A stretch of 64,000 nt of DNA from Humisphaera borealis (lineage in GTDB: Bacteria; Planctomycetota; Phycisphaerae; Tepidisphaerales; Tepidisphaeraceae). Under the pieces are notes generated by a model. It saw only the letters and a program-made list of their open reading frames with translations. It had not been told where the DNA came from and did no database searches. Shown here piece after piece: positions 59,483 through 64,000 of the stretch (position 1 is the stretch's first letter; every line of letters begins with the position of its first letter). The stretch spans positions 6,901,954 to 6,965,953 of the forward strand of contig NZ_CP063458.1 in the NCBI RefSeq assembly GCF_015169395.1. The letters are read 5' to 3'. The translations under genes were made by a program, and so were the position numbers.

Positions 59483-62293
59483 ATGGTTGGGCAATCTGGG
59501 TACGTGCGTTCGGAATGGAGTCCGACGGCCGACATCGTTCGGCGGCGGCACTCCCCGGGTCACACCCGCTTCGTCGCAGAATCCCTCGAATCACGACGCC
59601 TGTTCGCCGCCATCGGGGGTGGCTCGTCTACGTTGGTGGACTCGGCCAACTCGGTGTTGGCTGCGGCTGTGCTGACTTCGCCGCAGGTGCGGTCCGTCAA
59701 GCCGACCGCCAACGCGAAAAATGTGCCGACCACCGGCTTCGTGTCCGCCGAGTTGATTCTGCCCAACGGCGGTGTCGACACGGCGACCGTGCTTTCCAAG
59801 AACGTCTACCTCTACAACGTTGCGGCAAAGACCACGGTGCCGGCCGTCGTAAACACCTCCGGTGGCGGGGACGTCATCGTCCTCAAGCCGTCCAAGGCGC
59901 TTGCGGCCAACACACAGTACCGCTTCGTGCTGACGTCGGGCCTGCAGGACGTGCAGGGGGTCGGCTTTGCGCCCTTCGAGTCGCTCTTCACCACCAGTGC
60001 CACCACCAGTCCGCCGTCCAACTCCCCGGCGAAGTTCACGCAGGCACCCCAGGCGAGTTCCGCGGGTCACAACTATTTCGGACTGGCGATCGGCCCCGAC
60101 GGCAGGCTCTACGCCAGCAGCGACGACGGCCGCATCTACCGCTTCGCGATCGAAGCCGACGGCTCCCTCGGCACGCCGTCGGTGTTCGATATCGTCCGCG
60201 CCCGCAACGGCGGCAGCCGGTTCATCCTGGGGATGGCGTTCGATCCCAGGAGCACGCCGACCAACCCGATTCTCTGGATCACGCACACCGCGACCTCATC
60301 GCTGGTGCTGGGCGGAACCGTCGGCGCCGATTTCAGCGGGAAAGTCAGCGTGGTCAGCGGACCCTCGCTGGGCCAGTACCGCGACGCCGTCGTCAACCTG
60401 CCCCGGTCGGTCCGGGATCACGCGACCATGCAGCCGACCTTCGGCCCGGATGGCGCGCTGTACTTCTGCCAGGCGTCGCAGTCGGCCATGGGCAAGGCCG
60501 ACATCATCTGGGGGAACCGCCCGGAGCGGCTGCTGTCCGCGGCGATCCTTCGGCTGGACGTGGGGGCGGTCGGCAGCTCGACGCTCGACGCCAAAACCCC
60601 CGACGCCGGCGGCACCTACAACCCTTCCTCGCCCGGTGCGCCGTTGACCATCTACGCCGATGGCGTTCGCAACGCGTTCGACCTCGTCTGGCACCGCAAC
60701 GGACAGTTGTACGCCGCCGCCAACGGCAGCGCCGCCGGCGGCAATACGCCCGCCGGTGCCGGTGCGCCGGCGCTTTCGGCCGTCAGCAAGGCCGAGAGCG
60801 ATTTCCTGTTCCGTATCACCCGAGGCGGGTACTACGGTCATCCCAATCCCCAACGCAAATACTACGTTCTCAACGGCGGCAATCCGACCGCGGGCAAGGA
60901 TGCCTACGAAGTCACCGACTATCCCGTCGGACAGAAGCCCGATCCGGCGTGGCGGCCGGCGGTTTACGACTTCGGCGCCCACCGCGCCCCCTCCGGCACG
61001 ATCGAGTACCGCGGCGGCAGCTTCGGCGGCGCGCTCGACGGAAAACTGCTCGTCGCCCGCTACAGCGGCGGCGACGACATCATCGCGCTGACGCTCGGCG
61101 CAGGCGGCAGCGTGACCAAGGCCGAGACCGGCATCTCCGGCCTGACCGGGCTGGCCGATCCGGTTGATCTGGTGCAGACGCCTGATAGCGGAAATCTTTA
61201 TGTGATCGAATTGGCGCGGCAGCGGATTACGCTGCTACGCGCCGCGACCACGGTGCCCCCGACCGTACCTCCAGTCGTTCCGCCTGTCGTTCCGCCCGTC
61301 GTCCCCCCGACTGTGCCGCCGACGGTTCCTCCAGTAGTGCCGCCCACAGTGCCGCCCACTATCCCACCGACCGTCCCACCCGTGGTTCCGCCGGTCGTCC
61401 CGCCGACTGTTCCTCCCACCGTTCCCCCGGTCGTACCACCCGTCGTGCCGCCCACGGTGCCACCGACGGTTCCGCCCACAGTTCCTCCTACGGTGCCCCC
61501 GACCGTTCCGCCGGTGGTTTCTCCGCCGCCCGCGCCGCCGCCCGCAGCGCTCGCGGACCTGACGCCGCTGGTCACGAAAGTGGTGTTGCCGTCGAGTTTC
61601 GCGTTCGGCACGCCCGTGAAGGGGACGCTGTCGTTCCGCGTGACCAACGCCGGCGGGCTTTCGTTCTCGGGACCGGTACCCGTCTCGGTGCAGTTGTCGG
61701 CCGACGGGACGGCCGATCCCGGCGATACCGAGGTCACGGCGTTCTCCAAATCGGTCCGCTTGCGACCCGGCGGCAGCGCCAGCGTCAAGCTCAAGCTCTC
61801 GGCGTTGCCTTCGATTGCCGCCGGCAGTTATCACCTGAACGTCGTGCTCGATCCCGCCGGGCTGCTGACCGAGGCGTCGGAGACGAACAACGCCGCCGCG
61901 ACGACCGAAACCTTCGCCATTTCCGCGCCCAACGTCGATCTCAGCGGCGCGTTTGTCGTCGGGCCGTCGAATCTGGCGATCGGCCGGCGGCGGCTCATCA
62001 AGATGAACCTCAGCGCCGCGGGCAACGTCGCGGTGAACCAGACCATCGTCGTGCAGGTGGTGGCTTCCACCGACGATACGCCTGACGCCGGCGACATCGA
62101 CATGGGTGCCGTCCCGGTGAAGCTGAAGATCCTGCCGGGGCAGACCAAGTCGGTTTCGCTGAAGGTCTATCTGCCCCCAAACATGGCGCCGGGCATCTAC
62201 CGCATCATCGCCACGATCGATTCGCCCCAGTTGCTGGCCGAGTCGAGCGAGACGAACAACATCGCGATGACAAATCCGCTGATCCTGAAGTAG
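59483..62293 (+). CDS. giant extracellular protein, paralog 2: Ig-like + GSDH-like beta-propeller + expanded [T/V][V/I]PP repeat linker (~22 units) + 2x CARDB
   Basis: Collinear, ~60% identical to 49786..52461 (e.g. IYRFAIEADGSLGTPSVFDIV..., HLPRSVRDHATMQPTFGPDGALYF, YGHPNPQRKYYVLNGGNPT). N-terminal SLESRRLFAAIGG motif. Exact start uncertain: first ATG of the ORF was used. Confidence 0.75.
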   Translation: MVGQSGYVRSEWSPTADIVRRRHSPGHTRFVAESLESRRLFAAIGGGSSTLVDSANSVLAAAVLTSPQVRSVKPTANAKNVPTTGFVSAELILPNGGVDTATVLSKNVYLYNVAAKTTVPAVVNTSGGGDVIVLKPSKALAANTQYRFVLTSGLQDVQGVGFAPFESLFTTSATTSPPSNSPAKFTQAPQASSAGHNYFGLAIGPDGRLYASSDDGRIYRFAIEADGSLGTPSVFDIVRARNGGSRFILGMAFDPRSTPTNPILWITHTATSSLVLGGTVGADFSGKVSVVSGPSLGQYRDAVVNLPRSVRDHATMQPTFGPDGALYFCQASQSAMGKADIIWGNRPERLLSAAILRLDVGAVGSSTLDAKTPDAGGTYNPSSPGAPLTIYADGVRNAFDLVWHRNGQLYAAANGSAAGGNTPAGAGAPALSAVSKAESDFLFRITRGGYYGHPNPQRKYYVLNGGNPTAGKDAYEVTDYPVGQKPDPAWRPAVYDFGAHRAPSGTIEYRGGSFGGALDGKLLVARYSGGDDIIALTLGAGGSVTKAETGISGLTGLADPVDLVQTPDSGNLYVIELARQRITLLRAATTVPPTVPPVVPPVVPPVVPPTVPPTVPPVVPPTVPPTIPPTVPPVVPPVVPPTVPPTVPPVVPPVVPPTVPPTVPPTVPPTVPPTVPPVVSPPPAPPPAALADLTPLVTKVVLPSSFAFGTPVKGTLSFRVTNAGGLSFSGPVPVSVQLSADGTADPGDTEVTAFSKSVRLRPGGSASVKLKLSALPSIAAGSYHLNVVLDPAGLLTEASETNNAAATTETFAISAPNVDLSGAFVVGPSNLAIGRRRLIKMNLSAAGNVAVNQTIVVQVVASTDDTPDAGDIDMGAVPVKLKILPGQTKSVSLKVYLPPNMAPGIYRIIATIDSPQLLAESSETNNIAMTNPLILK
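61249..61550 (+). repeat. 12-bp tandem repeat encoding ~22x [T/V][V/I]PP (paralog 2 linker)
   Basis: Same unit as in paralog 1 but about three times as many copies. Confidence 0.85.
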
Positions 62294-62411
62294 GGGCGAA
62301 ACAGGCTAAGACTTAGAAGATGTCGCGATGACGAGATTCGGCCTTTCTTGCAACTGAACCCACCCGCATATTCGGACGATGACGTGACAGGCGTCTTTCC
62401 GGAGCGCTGGC

Positions 62412-63449
62412 ATGGATCCGATCAACACGCTCATCTCCAAGATCAAGGCGCTCGGCCGTCAGTTCATTGAGCCGGGGGCTCAGTTCTCGATCTTCGCGCT
62501 GGCGTGCGCCTTTGCGGTCGCGGTCGGCTTTCTCTACCTGCGGCAGCGCCGCCGGCGGGGCCGGGCGAGCCTGGCCGCGGTGTTGCGGGCGGTTTGCTCC
62601 CGGCGGGTGTTTTTCAACCCCTCCACCTACGCCGACGCCGGCTATCTCCTCATTAATACCCTCTCGCTGGGTGGGCTGATCGCCTGGGCGATGATCTCCA
62701 CCGGCGCGGTCTCGGCCTGGATTACCGCGGGGCTGGGGAACGTCTTCGCCACGCCGACTGCGACCACCTTGCCGGACTGGCTGACCCGCGCCGGGGCGAC
62801 GATCCTGTTCTTCCTCGCGTACGAGTTCGGCTACTGGCTGGATCACTACCTGAAACATCGTGTGCCGTTCCTGTGGGAGATGCACCGCCCCCATCACACC
62901 GCCGAGGTGCTGACGCCGCTGACCGTCTTCCGCGTCCATCCGCTGGATTCCCTGGTCTTCAGCTTCGTCCTGGCGATCACCGGGGGCGTGACGGCGGGCG
63001 TGGTGAACTTCGCGCTGGGCAAGCCGGTGCTCGAACTGACTCTTGACGGCACCAACGTGCTGCTGGTGGTCTTCTTCTACGCGTACGTCCACCTGCAGCA
63101 TTCGGAGATCTGGATTCCGTTCCGTGGCTGGGCCGGCCGGTTGTTCATGAGCCCGGCCCATCACCAGATCCACCACTCGAGCGACCCGGCCCACTTCAAC
63201 ATGAACCTCGGTTCGTGCCTGGCGATCTGGGACTGGGTCTTCGGCACGCTGTCGATCCCCGCCAAAGAGTCCCCGAGACTGAAGTTCGGGGTGGACGATG
63301 CCGAGCCACACCCGCACGCCCCTTCGCGGTTGCTGCTCACACCCATAGCGCGGGTGGCCAGGGCATTGGCGCGGATGGTTCTGCCGACCAAGGCGAGGGA
63401 AGAGGTTGTTCCGGACAGCACAGGGGTAGTCGAGCAGAACGCGAACTGA
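62412..63449 (+). CDS. fatty acid hydroxylase / sterol desaturase superfamily membrane protein
   Basis: His boxes HYLKH, HRPHH, HHQIHH in a polytopic membrane protein. Confidence 0.75.
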   Translation: MDPINTLISKIKALGRQFIEPGAQFSIFALACAFAVAVGFLYLRQRRRRGRASLAAVLRAVCSRRVFFNPSTYADAGYLLINTLSLGGLIAWAMISTGAVSAWITAGLGNVFATPTATTLPDWLTRAGATILFFLAYEFGYWLDHYLKHRVPFLWEMHRPHHTAEVLTPLTVFRVHPLDSLVFSFVLAITGGVTAGVVNFALGKPVLELTLDGTNVLLVVFFYAYVHLQHSEIWIPFRGWAGRLFMSPAHHQIHHSSDPAHFNMNLGSCLAIWDWVFGTLSIPAKESPRLKFGVDDAEPHPHAPSRLLLTPIARVARALARMVLPTKAREEVVPDSTGVVEQNAN

Positions 63450-64000
63450 AGCATCGGCCGGCGCACAAGGCTCGCCACGGAGTTGCCTTGCCCTGAATGG
63501 CGTTCTTGGAAACTCGGCGTCTTGGCGTTCATCTCTTTGATTCCTGGGCAGATGCAATCGGGGCGCGGCGGCGGCGTCGTCGTCCGCGGAGTACGCCGCT
63601 CAGAATTCAGTTGAAATCTTCGAGCTGGAACATAACATATACCGTACAAATATAGCTGCATCGTCGGCTTCATGCGTGAGCCCGGCGGTGCCTGGTCTCC
63701 GTGCGCCGATCGAGCGGGTGTGATCCGGCGGTCATGGCGTGGACTCCGCGGGGACAATCATCCGTCCGGCGATCGGCAGGCGATCGTCGGGAACAGTCTG
63801 CTTGTTGCGATGGGGGCATGCACCCGTGCCCGTATCGTGTTCTGTCTTCCGCTGCGCGCGGGCCAAGGAACCGTCCCCGCTCGATCATGACAACTGCGAG
63901 TCCGCGAATCGCGGACACCCACAACGGCTCGGGCGATCGGACTCGATCGCGCCGGGTGGTTTGGTTTGGGTTTAGGTTGAGGGGAAGAGACCGGAAGACG

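Noticed and set aside
61198-61834. Two minus-strand ORFs of GGTVGG and RR/GR-rich sequence
   Set aside because: Antisense translation of the VPP tandem repeat.
62313-63557. 414-aa minus-strand ORF
   Set aside because: Antisense to the fatty-acid hydroxylase gene, whose histidine boxes are diagnostic.

Overview
High-GC (~64%) chromosomal segment with a strong Planctomycetota signature. It carries one DUF1559 prepilin-like protein, three Tat-signal DUF1501 proteins and one PSCyt/PSD1 (DUF1549/DUF1553) giant protein. I count ~55 protein-coding genes plus one tRNA-Asp(GUC). Housekeeping genes (rpsA 5' part, der, cysS, ispF, hemC, trpF, hldD, nhaA, crcB) are interleaved with planctomycete-specific genes. 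Four things stand out. (1) Miniature palindromic/inverted-repeat elements are unusually dense: at least six sequence families, most present in two or more copies, all sitting at gene boundaries. One copy carries a 10-bp target-site-duplication-like direct repeat and separates the response-regulator gene of a two-component system from ispF. (2) A ~13-kb locus (49.8-62.3 kb) encodes two paralogous giant proteins (Ig-like + glucose/sorbosone-dehydrogenase-like beta-propeller + [T/V]VPP tandem repeat of very different copy number + 2x CARDB) flanking an RTX-repeat calpain-like cysteine protease. All three share an N-terminal LE[DS]RR[LH]F[SA] motif and lack a classical signal peptide. (3) A Band_7_1 (SPFH)-SHOCT protein lies with a 612-aa double-zinc-ribbon protein and a small helical protein, bracketed by repeat elements. 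(4) The PSCyt/PSD1 gene carries an apparent -1 frameshift in a G5 homopolymer. Other points: a low-GC orphan gene island, a RbsD/FucU + aldo-keto reductase (fucose-type) pair, a histidine kinase / sigma54-activator pair, and several clear rho-independent terminators. The ORF track contains many long antisense shadow ORFs typical of GC-rich DNA; I rejected those. Coordinates of repeats and hairpins are approximate (+/- a few bp).
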